A stretch of DNA of 64,000 nucleotides from assembly GCA_026395055.1 (NCBI GenBank), contig JAPLZK010000004.1, positions 273,891 through 337,890 of the forward strand, read 5' to 3'. Each line of letters starts with the position of its first letter. Position 1 is the first letter of the stretch. The notes beneath the pieces are model-generated. The model worked only from the letters and a program-made list of their open reading frames with translations, made no database searches and was not told where the DNA came from. The position numbers were made by a program, and so were the translations under genes. This stretch comes from Candidatus Uhrbacteria bacterium. Lineage in GTDB: Bacteria > Patescibacteriota > Patescibacteriia > UBA9934 > GWF2-40-263. Below are positions 1 to 8,865 of the stretch, piece after piece.

Positions 1-536
1 ATCAATCGTTGATTCCTGTTGTGGTGGCGGTCGGACATGAACGCGACGAGTCGCTCGCCGATTACGTCGCAGACATTCGTGCGAGTACGCCCTCAAACGC
101 GGCAGAGCGTGTGGTGCCGTCACGAGCAGATGTAAAATACGAACTCGACATGATGATGCGACATCAAGAACAGCAATTGCAATTTGTCATGGATGAATAT
201 CGCACCGCAGCGGATCGTATGGCAACAAAAGTTGGACATATCCTCGAACGCGAACGTGATCGTTTGCTCATGATGCAAACACGACTGCAAGATCGTGCAC
301 AGAGTTGGTTGCCTGCGCTTCGAGATGTAATCGAGTCGAGCGCACGTTTGTTGCGCCAAGTAGATCCAACAAGAATTCTTGCGCGAGGATACGCGATTGT
401 CCGTGTTGGGGGAGCCGTTGTGCGTGACGCGTCTGAGCTTGCGGTCGGAAGAGAACTCGCGATACAATTGGGCACAGGTTCGCTTGACGCAGAGGTTTTA
501 CGCATAAATGGGAAAGGGAAGCAAAAGTTGGTGTAG
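1..536 (+). CDS. xseA: Exodeoxyribonuclease VII large subunit, C-terminal part (5' end lies outside the window)
   Basis: The ORF frame is open to the window edge. It carries the [14 protein letters not shown] motif typical of XseA and ends just upstream of the xseB-like gene. Confidence 0.75.
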   Translation, partial: QSLIPVVVAVGHERDESLADYVADIRASTPSNAAERVVPSRADVKYELDMMMRHQEQQLQFVMDEYRTAADRMATKVGHILERERDRLLMMQTRLQDRAQSWLPALRDVIESSARLLRQVDPTRILARGYAIVRVGGAVVRDASELAVGRELAIQLGTGSLDAEVLRINGKGKQKLV

Positions 537-572
537 TGTGTCATTGCGAGCGGAGCGAAGCAATCTTCGTGT

Positions 573-860
573 ATGATGAAAACGTACTACGTCTACATCC
601 TGACAAACTGGAATAATGAAGTTTTGTATATCGGTGTAACAAATAATATTGCAAGACGCGTCTTCGAACATAAAGAGAAGCTTGTAGATGGATTTACAAA
701 AAAGTACAACGTGAACAAGTTGGTTTACGTTGAGTCTTGTGAAGATGTTCGAGATGCTATCGCACGAGAGAAACAGTTAAAAGGAGGATCACGTAAAAAG
801 AAGATTGATTTAATCGTAGCAGACAATCCTGAGTGGAACGATTTGGCGGATACGCTTTAG
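573..860 (+). CDS. GIY-YIG nuclease superfamily protein (UPF0213/YhbQ-like), 95 aa
   Basis: The N-terminal YYVYILTN...LYIGVTNN...R...H motif series is characteristic of small GIY-YIG proteins. The gene sits between xseA and xseB. Confidence 0.8.
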   Translation: MMKTYYVYILTNWNNEVLYIGVTNNIARRVFEHKEKLVDGFTKKYNVNKLVYVESCEDVRDAIAREKQLKGGSRKKKIDLIVADNPEWNDLADTL

Positions 861-904
861 ACGAAAAGATTGCTTCGTCGTCGAACTCCTCGCAATGACA
901 CATT

Positions 905-1114
905 ATGAAAAAACCAATAACGGTTGACTTCGCAAAATCTTTTGAAGAACTCGAAAAAATCACGCAGTGGTTTGATTCAGAAGAGCATTTGGATCTCGAC
1001 AAAGGTCTGAAGCAATTTGAACGAGGACTTGAGCTCGCTTCACTTCTTAAGCAAAAATTGTCCGAGGTAGAAAATAAAGTTACAGAAATTAAGAAAAAAT
1101 TTGAATCCGAATAA
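905..1114 (+). CDS. xseB: Exodeoxyribonuclease VII small subunit
   Basis: A 69-aa helical, acidic protein with the FEE/LE..LE..V..LE XseB-like pattern, adjacent to xseA. Confidence 0.75.
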   Translation: MKKPITVDFAKSFEELEKITQWFDSEEHLDLDKGLKQFERGLELASLLKQKLSEVENKVTEIKKKFESE

Positions 1115-1115
1115 T

Positions 1116-1466
1116 ATGGCTCAATTACTTGTACGTTGGCTGTTGAATGCACTTGCGCTCATTGCGGTTGCAAACATTGTTCCAGGAATTCACGTCGATA
1201 GTTTTTTTCATGCGCTTATTGCCGCACTTATTCTTGGACTTGCAAACGCGCTCGTGCGTCCAATTTTAATCGTGCTTACGTTGCCAGTCACCATTCTCAC
1301 ACTCGGATTATTTGTCCTTGTGATTAACGCGCTCATGATTTTGCTTGCCTCCACGATTGTAAAAGGATTTTCTGTGGATGGATTCGCTCCGGCGTTTCTT
1401 GCAGCCATTGCCCTTTGGTTTATGAGCATGGTGACAAACTGGTTTATTCAATCAACTGAAACATAA
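1116..1466 (+). CDS. Small membrane protein, phage holin family 4-like (4 TM)
   Basis: ATG at 1116 directly after the xseB stop. The hydrophobic 4-TM profile includes GLANALVRPIL...LTLPVTILTLGLF, typical of PF04020-like proteins. Confidence 0.55.
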   Translation: MAQLLVRWLLNALALIAVANIVPGIHVDSFFHALIAALILGLANALVRPILIVLTLPVTILTLGLFVLVINALMILLASTIVKGFSVDGFAPAFLAAIALWFMSMVTNWFIQSTET

Positions 1467-1494
1467 AACGCCTCTTCGGCGTTTTTTTCTTGTC
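1467..1494 (+). terminator. Rho-independent terminator (AACGCC tcttc GGCGTT followed by a T-run)
   Basis: GC hairpin followed by TTTTTTT, seen directly in the sequence. Confidence 0.6.
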
Positions 1495-1504
1495 TGTTTT
1501 TCCT

Positions 1505-2203
1505 ATGATGAAACACGAAAATATTTTTATCCTTTCGGTGGGAGGCTCACTTGTTGTTCCAAAAACGGGCATTGATACAACATTCCTTCAGGAGTTTAAA
1601 AAGCTGATTGTGAAACATGCAAAACTCGGAAAACGATTTGTGATTGTGGTTGGTGGGGGAACAACGGCGCGGAATTACCAAGATGCCGCTCGACGCGTAG
1701 GAAAGTTAACGCTTGATGACATTGATTGGCTCGGAATTCACGCAACACGTTTGAATGGACATCTCATGCGAACGGTTCTTCGAGATGTTGCGCATCCAAT
1801 CATGATCAAAGATCCAACACGCCCCATTGGGAAATGGACAGAACCTGTCTTGGTCGCTGCCGGATGGAAACCTGGCTGGTCTACCGATTATGTTGCAACA
1901 CGCCTTGCAAAGAAGGTTGGAGCGACGACGATCGCAAACCTTTCAAACATTGATTACGTTTACACAAAAGATCCAAACAAATTTAAAGACGCAAAAAAGA
2001 TCGAGCAAATCTCCTGGAAGGATTTTCGTAAAATGGTTGGGAACGTTTGGGATCCTGGAATGAACGTGCCATTTGATCCAATCGCTTCCAAGCTTGGTGA
2101 GCAATGCAAAATGCATGTAGCGATTGTGAATGGAACGAACATCAAGAATCTGGATCAATTATTATCGGGAAAAATCTTTGAAGGAACGAGGATCGAGGGA
2201 TAG
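1505..2203 (+). CDS. Amino-acid-kinase family protein, probable UMP kinase (archaeal-type PyrH)
   Basis: VGGG..ARNYQDAAR and AAGWKPGWSTDYVA motifs typical of the uridylate kinase / AA_kinase fold. Start chosen at ATG 1505, in frame with the ORF at 1490. Confidence 0.55.
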   Translation: MMKHENIFILSVGGSLVVPKTGIDTTFLQEFKKLIVKHAKLGKRFVIVVGGGTTARNYQDAARRVGKLTLDDIDWLGIHATRLNGHLMRTVLRDVAHPIMIKDPTRPIGKWTEPVLVAAGWKPGWSTDYVATRLAKKVGATTIANLSNIDYVYTKDPNKFKDAKKIEQISWKDFRKMVGNVWDPGMNVPFDPIASKLGEQCKMHVAIVNGTNIKNLDQLLSGKIFEGTRIEG

Positions 2204-2340
2204 TCAGGAATTCCGATTTCGTAAGAAGTCGGTTTTTTTGTCTCCAAACCCTTTACAATTTTGGGAAAATATGTTACTTTATTCGCCTCTCTGCTTTGAG
2301 AGATGCTCGAAAAATCAACTTCGGTCGTGGAGGTAGAGGT

Positions 2341-3192
2341 ATGGCCATTGAACACGCGATCGTGGCGGCCGCAAAGAAGCGGGGTACGATCTCGGAGGAT
2401 GCGTATGCGGTTGCACACACGTCTGGTGAACCATTTGTCGCTTCTGTCGTTGATGGGCGCGGATTTCACGCTCGACGACACGAAGTCGCAGATCTCGCCC
2501 AATTCATTGCTTCTGAACTCGTTTGCGATTTGCAGCAAGATGCGAATCCCGACATGCTTCCGAAGTGGTTCGATGAGGTTCAGGATGCTGTTGAGCATCG
2601 GTTCCCAAACATCCCGATGGGTGCTTCGGCCGCATGTCTCATTGTGGATCGATCGCGCGTTTTGCGCCTCGCACACGTTGGCAATTGCCGTTTGTTCCGA
2701 TACGCCCCAGAACATTTTGAAGGCGCTGAACGATTGACAAAAGACCATACGCCCGGCCTTGAGAAGGAAAAGCGGCGTCTGGAAGGATTTTGTCAGACGG
2801 GAAATTTTCGCGTCATTCGACATGGCCAAGACATCCCTCTGATTGATGTTGCGGAAGACCGACTGCACTTTTTGGAACAGTGCGTTGGGTATTCGCGGGA
2901 TTCGCTTTCGTACACGCGAGGATTCGGTCATGCACGTTTTCGCCCTGCGCTTACGCATGAGCCGGAAATCTGCACCTTCGAACTCCCGCAAGACACAGTC
3001 AATATTTTCGCGCTTTGCTCTCATGGGGGAAGCAGGATTGTACGTCACGTGTTTCGGCGCCTTCAACAGATGGAGTTGGATGCGACCGTGACTCTCGAGA
3101 TGCTTTCTCAGATGGCGAAAGACCGGATTGACGAAAAGCCAAAAGGCCCAAGAGACGACACAACCATCATCTTTTTCAAGGTTTTACCTTGA
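2341..3192 (+). CDS. PP2C-family Ser/Thr protein phosphatase-like protein
   Basis: The motif order VDGRG...GASAACLIV...VGNCRLF...LTKDHTP...DDTTIIFF mirrors the PP2C motifs DGxGG / GSTA / GDSR / LTxDH / DDxT. Local GC is about 57%, above the window background. Confidence 0.6.
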   Translation: MAIEHAIVAAAKKRGTISEDAYAVAHTSGEPFVASVVDGRGFHARRHEVADLAQFIASELVCDLQQDANPDMLPKWFDEVQDAVEHRFPNIPMGASAACLIVDRSRVLRLAHVGNCRLFRYAPEHFEGAERLTKDHTPGLEKEKRRLEGFCQTGNFRVIRHGQDIPLIDVAEDRLHFLEQCVGYSRDSLSYTRGFGHARFRPALTHEPEICTFELPQDTVNIFALCSHGGSRIVRHVFRRLQQMELDATVTLEMLSQMAKDRIDEKPKGPRDDTTIIFFKVLP

Positions 3193-3198
3193 TTCTGC

Positions 3199-3232
3199 CA
3201 CCCTTCGACAAGCTCGGGGTGGTTTTTTCTTT
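3199..3232 (+). terminator. Putative terminator hairpin (CCACCC...GGGGTGG plus T-run)
   Basis: Inverted repeat followed by TTTTTTCTTT after the PP2C gene stop. Confidence 0.45.
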
Positions 3233-3342
3233 GAAAAAGACGGGTTCTTGACGAATCCTTGCTTTTCCCTTATCCTAAGCACAAATCCAATCGCCCAAGA
3301 CAGCAGGTGCCCTAAAAGCATAAGTCCTGCCGAGGTGAATAA

Positions 3343-3377
3343 GACCCCTCCCAACCTCCCCTTATAAAGGGGAGGGG
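3343..3377. repeat. G/C-rich palindromic element, copy A (CCTCCCC ttataaa GGGGAGG), flanked by 15-nt direct repeats CATAAGTCCTG(C/G)CGA
   Basis: Perfect 7-bp stem with a 7-nt loop. Belongs to the family seen at 15831, 17747 and 23117. Lies in the rplJ leader region. Confidence 0.6.
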
Positions 3378-3461
3378 AATGCGGTCCATTCATAAGTCCT
3401 GGCGAAAAGCCCGGATTTTTTATTAAAGGTCGAAGAAACAAGTAACATACACGTCTCGATT

Positions 3462-3983
3462 ATGCCAAAAACCAGAAAACAGAAGGCAGAGATCAAGAGC
3501 GAACTTGCGGATAAATTTGGAAAAATGAAATCCGTTGTGTTTACCTCCGTCTCTGGTTTCACCATGAAAGACGCAGATGCGCTTCGTGCAAAAGGAAAAG
3601 CAGAAGGTGTTGATTTCTTGGTTACCAAGAAAACTATCCTTGTACGCGCCTTAGAAGAAAAAGGAATTACCTTGTCGAAAGATTTGGTTTCCGGAAGTCT
3701 TCTCACAGCCATCAGCTACACAGATGAAGTTGCTCCCGCTAAAATCATTGCAGACTTTTCAAAGGGTCGCGAAGGATTCAAAATGGTCGGAGGAATTTTA
3801 GAAGGATCGTTTGTGGATTCACGAGCGGTTATCATGCTTTCAACACTTCCTTCTAAGCAAGAATTGCTCGCGAAGTTGGTTGGTACATTGAATGCTCCGG
3901 TTTCAGGATTTGTAAACACTCTTGCCGCGAACGTTCGTGGTCTCGTTGTTACATTGAATGCCATCGCAGAACAAAAATCTTAA
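3462..3983 (+). CDS. rplJ: 50S ribosomal protein L10
   Basis: 173-aa protein with a typical L10 N-terminus (KQKAEIKSELADKF) and C-terminal L12-binding helix. Followed by rplL. Confidence 0.9.
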   Translation: MPKTRKQKAEIKSELADKFGKMKSVVFTSVSGFTMKDADALRAKGKAEGVDFLVTKKTILVRALEEKGITLSKDLVSGSLLTAISYTDEVAPAKIIADFSKGREGFKMVGGILEGSFVDSRAVIMLSTLPSKQELLAKLVGTLNAPVSGFVNTLAANVRGLVVTLNAIAEQKS

Positions 3984-4004
3984 TCTATCCTTATTACACA
4001 TCTT

Positions 4005-4406
4005 ATGGAAATGGAAAATGTAGAAGTTCCAGCTAAGTTCAAGACACTCGTTGAGTCTATTGAAACAATGTCTGTTCTCGATCTTGCAGAACTCGTAAAA
4101 CTTTTGGAAAAGAAATTTGGCGTAAGTGCCGCTGCTCCCGCTATGATGATGGCAGCAGGTGGTGCAGCAGCAGGAGCTCCAGCTGCAGAAGAGAAAACAT
4201 CTTTCGATGTTGAACTCACCGCGTGTGGAGACAACAAGATCGGCGTGATCAAGGTTGTACGTGAAATCACAGGTCTCGGACTTAAAGAAGCAAAAGACGT
4301 TGTAGACGGAGCACCAAAGAACGTTAAGGAAGGTGTTTCAAAAGACCAAGCAGAAGAAATCAAAAAGAAATTGGTTGAAGCAGGTGGAACAGCCGTCATT
4401 AAGTAA
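4005..4406 (+). CDS. rplL: 50S ribosomal protein L7/L12
   Basis: Ala/Gly-rich hinge after the N-terminal dimerisation domain, and a C-terminal [23 protein letters not shown] motif. Confidence 0.9.
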   Translation: MEMENVEVPAKFKTLVESIETMSVLDLAELVKLLEKKFGVSAAAPAMMMAAGGAAAGAPAAEEKTSFDVELTACGDNKIGVIKVVREITGLGLKEAKDVVDGAPKNVKEGVSKDQAEEIKKKLVEAGGTAVIK

Positions 4407-4410
4407 TGAC

Positions 4411-4445
4411 AAAAAACCCTCGATGAAATATCGAGGGTTTTTTTA
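4411..4445. terminator. Bidirectional rho-independent terminator (AAAAACCCTCGAT gaaat ATCGAGGGTTTTTTT)
   Basis: Perfect 11-bp stem with A-run and T-run on both sides, between convergent genes. Confidence 0.75.
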
Positions 4446-4450
4446 TTTCT

Positions 4451-4846
4451 TTATTTTTGTCTGTAGAGTTTCATGCCATCAATCATGATGGTGTCTTTGT
4501 CGACCTTCGAGATGTAGATGTCGTAGGTTTTTTTGAAGGGAATAGATGTTTTACGCATTTGGACAGACACGTTGTCTTCAAAGCGTTTTACGATTTCATA
4601 CGTTCCGTTGTCTTTGAAGGCAGATTCTGTCTTCATGTCATACGTTCCGTTTTTAAACGTATAGACAACAAACCATTTGTATCCATCTTTTGTCACGGAG
4701 TCTGTACGCCATGCTCCGGTAAACTCGTCTTTAGATTCTTGGACAAGAGGTGTATGTGTTTTTTGGATGAGAACAAATCCGCCCACACCAAGAATGACCG
4801 CCGCAAGAATAAGGAAACCGACCAGGGAGAGTTGTTTTTTGTTCAT
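4451..4846 (-). CDS. Hypothetical membrane-anchored protein (N-terminal TM), 131 aa
   Basis: ORF with an N-terminal hydrophobic helix; no recognisable family. Confidence 0.45.
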   Translation of the reverse strand: MNKKQLSLVGFLILAAVILGVGGFVLIQKTHTPLVQESKDEFTGAWRTDSVTKDGYKWFVVYTFKNGTYDMKTESAFKDNGTYEIVKRFEDNVSVQMRKTSIPFKKTYDIYISKVDKDTIMIDGMKLYRQK

Positions 4847-4852
4847 AGAAGA

Positions 4853-7063
4853 TTAACTTTTCAAATGTCCCGCCGTTATCGTATAAATATTTGCTCCGGA
4901 CAAAATATACACAGCTTGGGCTTTTTCATCAACAAGGAAGTCGGAAAGATCAGCAAATGCATCGGAAGTATATTGTGTCACGAATGCGCCCGTATCTTTT
5001 TTATAGACGATGAGTCGTTTCGTTTTTGGCTCGAGCGCGTAGAGGAATTTACTGTTTCCATCTGTCCAAATGCGAGTTATATCTGTCGCAGGTGGTTCAA
5101 TCGCACCAAGTTGCCATCCAACTTCTGCACCGTTTTGAAATCGTGCAACAAGTCCGGTGCCATGGAGAATGTAGAGAGAACCATCGATCGTGAGCGCATG
5201 TGGGCTTGCGAGTGCTTCTGTTTTTGAGGAGATCCAAGACGTTCCCGTTCCGTAGCCGGATCCTCCCTTACTGAACTTCAGAAGTTCTGCGTCATTCGTG
5301 TTTGCTGTTAAGAGATACATGCGATGTGCATAGGCAAGCAAGGAGACGGCGGATCCGTTTGATGGATTTGAGATAGGAACAGGAGAAATGGTTCCGGCTT
5401 TAACATCGATGTCAAAGAGCTGATTGGTTGAATTCAGGGCGAAGATATGACCATCTTCCTCAGATGCGTCAACAATTGGCGAAGAAGATATTTGTGAAGG
5501 GGAGAGCGCTTTGACTTGTTTGGTTACGGGATCAACTTGCCAGATCATTTGATTCGCATCGATCACGTACAGTTGAGAACCAGAACGAATGATACGCACC
5601 CCTTTTTGTTCTCCCGTTGCACTCACCTCGATCTTTGCCAGAAGAGCTGGGTTTGGAATCGTGACAACGTGACGTAGTTCATTCATGGCCGTGTCGACGT
5701 CCTTTGAGAGTTTCGAGGCTGTTTCTTTGTAAGCGGGTTTATCTGTTGGCAATTGCTGGATGAGTGTGGTTGCTTGTTGGTAAAGGGATCGTGCTTGATT
5801 TTCATCTTTATAAATCATGGCGCCACCTGCGCGATCAATAACATCTTGAATGGTGGAGACACGCGTTTCAAATTGTTTTTGCGCTTCTGAGGTGGAGTGA
5901 AAATGAGAAAGAAGCGTGAGTCCAATAATGAGGAGTACGACGAGTCCGATGAGCATTTGTGCAAAGCGTCTGGTGCGCACCGGCAACGATCGAACTTTTT
6001 GCATTTGAACGAGCCAAGCATTTTTCCACGCAATTTTACGTGTTGGAATGGATTGCACGAACGCAGTTCTGCGTTCTTTACTTGTAAGAGCCATGATGCC
6101 AAAACTTATTCCTTTGCATGTGCGTCGAACAGCCTTCCAGATGTTGTGACTCACCGATGTGAGAAGTTTGAGAAGGATCTTGAGGCGTGGTTCTCCTCTA
6201 CGGAGGTCTGTGAGAATACGAGAACGCTCCGTAAGTTTCTTATAAAAGAATGTAATGCGAGTTTTCAGAAATCCAATAAGATCTGGTTTTTGGTCTTCAA
6301 GGAGTTTCGTGGTTTCGTCCTGTCCGCGAACAAAGGAGTCGATGGAAACATCGGAAAGAGGTTTCGCGTACGATTCTGGAATGGAAGACGCGGAAGATTC
6401 TGCTTTGATGATGAGAAGTAAAAGTCCGTCATTTGCGGCAAAGTACTGTCTAATTTTTTCTGTTGCACTTTTGGGAGGGAGCGCGGTCAGAATAGAATTC
6501 AAATCATCTTGGGAGATGCTGTGTTGAATATCTTTTTGAGAAACGCAAAAGACATCACCGTCTTCTAAGTCGCCGTCCAAAACGACCGCGAATGGTTTTT
6601 CCCAGGTCGGGAGTGCTTGTTCTGTTTGAATTCCACGAAACAAATTGAAGACTTGATACCGTTGTGACGGTTTGCGATGCAAAAAAAGAGCGGACAGCTC
6701 ACCGGTTCCAGAAAGAAACATGCGATCTTCTGAGATAATTCCGACAGCCGCATGAAAATTTTGAATGGGAATATAAAATCTTCCGTCACGAACGGTTTGA
6801 GAAACGGTTTCATTCAATGCGCCCAAGAACTGTTCGAAACGATGTTGTGCATTTGCGTCTTTCCCAAACGAATTTGCAAGTCTGTGGACGTGATCACTCA
6901 GGAGTTGCAGTAAAACATCGTTGTCTGGATTTTTTTTGCTTAAATACGCAAGGACGAAGACATATCCACTTCTGCCCTCAAGGGGGAGAATAACCGAAAG
7001 CCCCTCCACGTGCTCATTTGGGGATTTAGGCTCATATTGTGCCGCTTTCAGATAGGGGCTCAT
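4853..7063 (-). CDS. Membrane protein: N-terminal cytoplasmic PP2C/SpoIIE-like domain, one TM, C-terminal extracytoplasmic beta-propeller-like repeats
   Basis: Start taken at MSPYLK (ATG at 7063). The N-terminal domain shows a PP2C-like motif order (AVGIIS...FLSGTGELSALFL...VVLDGDLEDGDVF). TM is LIGLVVLLIIGLTLL. The C-terminus has repeated LYVID / IFALN / LYILHG / FLYALE blade-like motifs. Confidence 0.55.
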   Translation of the reverse strand: MSPYLKAAQYEPKSPNEHVEGLSVILPLEGRSGYVFVLAYLSKKNPDNDVLLQLLSDHVHRLANSFGKDANAQHRFEQFLGALNETVSQTVRDGRFYIPIQNFHAAVGIISEDRMFLSGTGELSALFLHRKPSQRYQVFNLFRGIQTEQALPTWEKPFAVVLDGDLEDGDVFCVSQKDIQHSISQDDLNSILTALPPKSATEKIRQYFAANDGLLLLIIKAESSASSIPESYAKPLSDVSIDSFVRGQDETTKLLEDQKPDLIGFLKTRITFFYKKLTERSRILTDLRRGEPRLKILLKLLTSVSHNIWKAVRRTCKGISFGIMALTSKERRTAFVQSIPTRKIAWKNAWLVQMQKVRSLPVRTRRFAQMLIGLVVLLIIGLTLLSHFHSTSEAQKQFETRVSTIQDVIDRAGGAMIYKDENQARSLYQQATTLIQQLPTDKPAYKETASKLSKDVDTAMNELRHVVTIPNPALLAKIEVSATGEQKGVRIIRSGSQLYVIDANQMIWQVDPVTKQVKALSPSQISSSPIVDASEEDGHIFALNSTNQLFDIDVKAGTISPVPISNPSNGSAVSLLAYAHRMYLLTANTNDAELLKFSKGGSGYGTGTSWISSKTEALASPHALTIDGSLYILHGTGLVARFQNGAEVGWQLGAIEPPATDITRIWTDGNSKFLYALEPKTKRLIVYKKDTGAFVTQYTSDAFADLSDFLVDEKAQAVYILSGANIYTITAGHLKS

Positions 7064-7160
7064 AGCGAAGTTGCTCAAGATCAAGCGTTTGTGTACATTA
7101 TACCTGTATAAAAGGAGGGCGCAATGGAGACAACATGCAAAAGTTGTCTTGAATCTGATT

Positions 7161-7763
7161 ATGAACAAGCACACCTTCAATCTCGAACACATGTTTGGTT
7201 CAAAGACTCGAGCTCGTTTAATGAGCTTGTTTTTGCAACAACCAAAAGAATTATTTTTCGTGAGAGAACTGACGCGTCGTATTGGCGCTCAGCTCAACTC
7301 CGTTCGACGCGAATTAAAAAATTTAATCGACATGGGGCTCATTTTGGAAAAACAATCAGAGCACGCACGACTTTCTGGAACTCTCGCAGAAAAGAAAAAG
7401 TTTTACACCGTCAACACAGATTACATTCTGTATGAAGATCTGCGTTCTTTGTTTCAAAAGGTTTCTATTTTATTGAAACAAAATTTGGTTCAAGAGATTG
7501 ATCAAAAAGGATCCATTGCGTATTTTGCGTTTACCGGACGTTTCGTAGATGCAAAAGATATTTCTACAGACCTGTTGATTGTGGGAGATATCAAGCAAGA
7601 GCTTCTAGAAGAAGTGATCAAAAAGTTCGAGGCAGAAATTCCATACGAAATTAACTACACCCTCATGCCAAAAGATGAGTTTCGTGATCGCCGACAAGTT
7701 GCAGACAGATTCTTGTCCAGTATTTTGAATGCAGAGAAAGTTGTCATGATTGATCGCATTTAA
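7161..7763 (+). CDS. Winged-helix (ArsR/MarR-like) transcriptional regulator with an uncharacterised C-terminal domain
   Basis: N-terminal motif FGSKTRARLMSLFL...ELTRRIGAQLNSVRRELKNLIDMGLI. Start chosen at ATG 7161, so it does not overlap the divergent gene. Confidence 0.5.
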   Translation: MNKHTFNLEHMFGSKTRARLMSLFLQQPKELFFVRELTRRIGAQLNSVRRELKNLIDMGLILEKQSEHARLSGTLAEKKKFYTVNTDYILYEDLRSLFQKVSILLKQNLVQEIDQKGSIAYFAFTGRFVDAKDISTDLLIVGDIKQELLEEVIKKFEAEIPYEINYTLMPKDEFRDRRQVADRFLSSILNAEKVVMIDRI

Positions 7764-7765
7764 GT

Positions 7766-8143
7766 ATGGACCTGTTCATCTGCGCCCAAGATATTCAATT
7801 CATTACGTTTGGTCTCGTGAAAGATCGAACGTTGTTTTGTGAAAAGGCTTTTGAGGTTCCTCCAGAAAAGTATCTTTTCTCGCTCGACGTGTTTCTTTCT
7901 GAGCAACATGTGGCGCCTGTGGACGTGTCTCGCATCCTGATTGTGAATGGTCCGGGTTCTTTTACGGCGAGTCGTGTGAGTGTGGTGATGGCAAATTCAT
8001 TCGCGTTTGTGCAACAAATCCCCATGTGTTCTATAGAGAATCCTGAGCGAAGATCGCTTGCGGAACTGCTGCCCATTCTTGAAAGACGCCCAGATCAGGC
8101 ATTTGTTGTTCCAGCATATGACAGGCCACCGAATATCACCTAA
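7766..8143 (+). CDS. TsaB/YeaZ-like (inactive Kae1 homolog) N-terminal-domain protein, truncated length
   Basis: ILIVNGPGSFTASRVSVVMANSFA matches the TsaB GPGSFTG.R.G motif. At 125 aa it is about half the usual TsaB length. Confidence 0.5.
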   Translation: MDLFICAQDIQFITFGLVKDRTLFCEKAFEVPPEKYLFSLDVFLSEQHVAPVDVSRILIVNGPGSFTASRVSVVMANSFAFVQQIPMCSIENPERRSLAELLPILERRPDQAFVVPAYDRPPNIT

Positions 8144-8183
8144 AATAGAGAGAGCGCGTTTATAAATCACTCCTATTCGCCAT

Positions 8184-8864
8184 ATGTCATTTGATACAAA
8201 CCTTCTTCAGGTTCCGCTTCTTGAACTCTGGAATACAATGGTTTCGTTTTTACCTAATGTGATTGGTGCGGTGATCGTGTTTGTGATCGGTATTTTGATT
8301 GCGGTTGTTTTGTGCCAGGTTGTTGTGCGCATTGTTGCACTTTTGCGTATTGACGAACTTGCAGAGAAACTCGATATTAAAAAGCAATTTGAACGTATGG
8401 GAATTCGTTTGCATATTGGTTCCTTGCTTGGATGGATTGTAAAATGGTTTTTCATTATTGTGTCCCTTATTGCCGCAACAGATATTTTGGGATGGAAAGA
8501 AGTGACGGATTATTTAAAACAAGTGGTTCTCTTTGTTCCAAACGTCATCATTGCCGTCATCATTCTGCTTGCAGGAATTTTGCTTGGGAATTTTGTGCAG
8601 AATGTTGTCCGGTCTGCCGTTGAGGCGGCACAACTTGCTTCTTCACAATTTCTTTCTGCCCTTGCAAAGTGGGCAATCCTGATTTTCAGTTTTATGGCCG
8701 CTCTTGTGCAATTGCAAATTGCCCCAGATCTTATTCGAACACTTTTTACCGGTCTTGTGTTCATGCTCGCCCTTGCGGGTGGTCTTGCGTTTGGACTTGG
8801 TGGAAAAGAACACGCCTCTGAGTTTTTAACACGTCTTAAAAAAGAGATCTCCTCTGAAAAATAA
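8184..8864 (+). CDS. Integral membrane protein with repeated conserved-TM-helix motifs (MscS-associated type)
   Basis: Several TM segments with the repeated pattern LPNVIGAVIVFVIGILIA / VPNVIIAVIILLAGILLG. Confidence 0.5.
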   Translation: MSFDTNLLQVPLLELWNTMVSFLPNVIGAVIVFVIGILIAVVLCQVVVRIVALLRIDELAEKLDIKKQFERMGIRLHIGSLLGWIVKWFFIIVSLIAATDILGWKEVTDYLKQVVLFVPNVIIAVIILLAGILLGNFVQNVVRSAVEAAQLASSQFLSALAKWAILIFSFMAALVQLQIAPDLIRTLFTGLVFMLALAGGLAFGLGGKEHASEFLTRLKKEISSEK

Positions 8865-8865
8865 C

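Noticed and set aside
2155-3066. 303-aa ORF on the minus strand overlapping the PP2C-like gene
   Set aside because: It is antisense to a plus-strand ORF with a clear, ordered PP2C motif series. Its composition (R/C/S-rich, no family motifs) is typical of a GC-rich shadow frame.
3190-3461. Possibility that the rplJ leader hairpins (including palindromic element A) are the L10(L12)4 autoregulatory leader
   Set aside because: The L10 leader structure cannot be verified by eye. The palindrome clearly belongs to the dispersed G/C element family, so it is reported as a repeat instead. An r-protein leader covariance-model search is needed.
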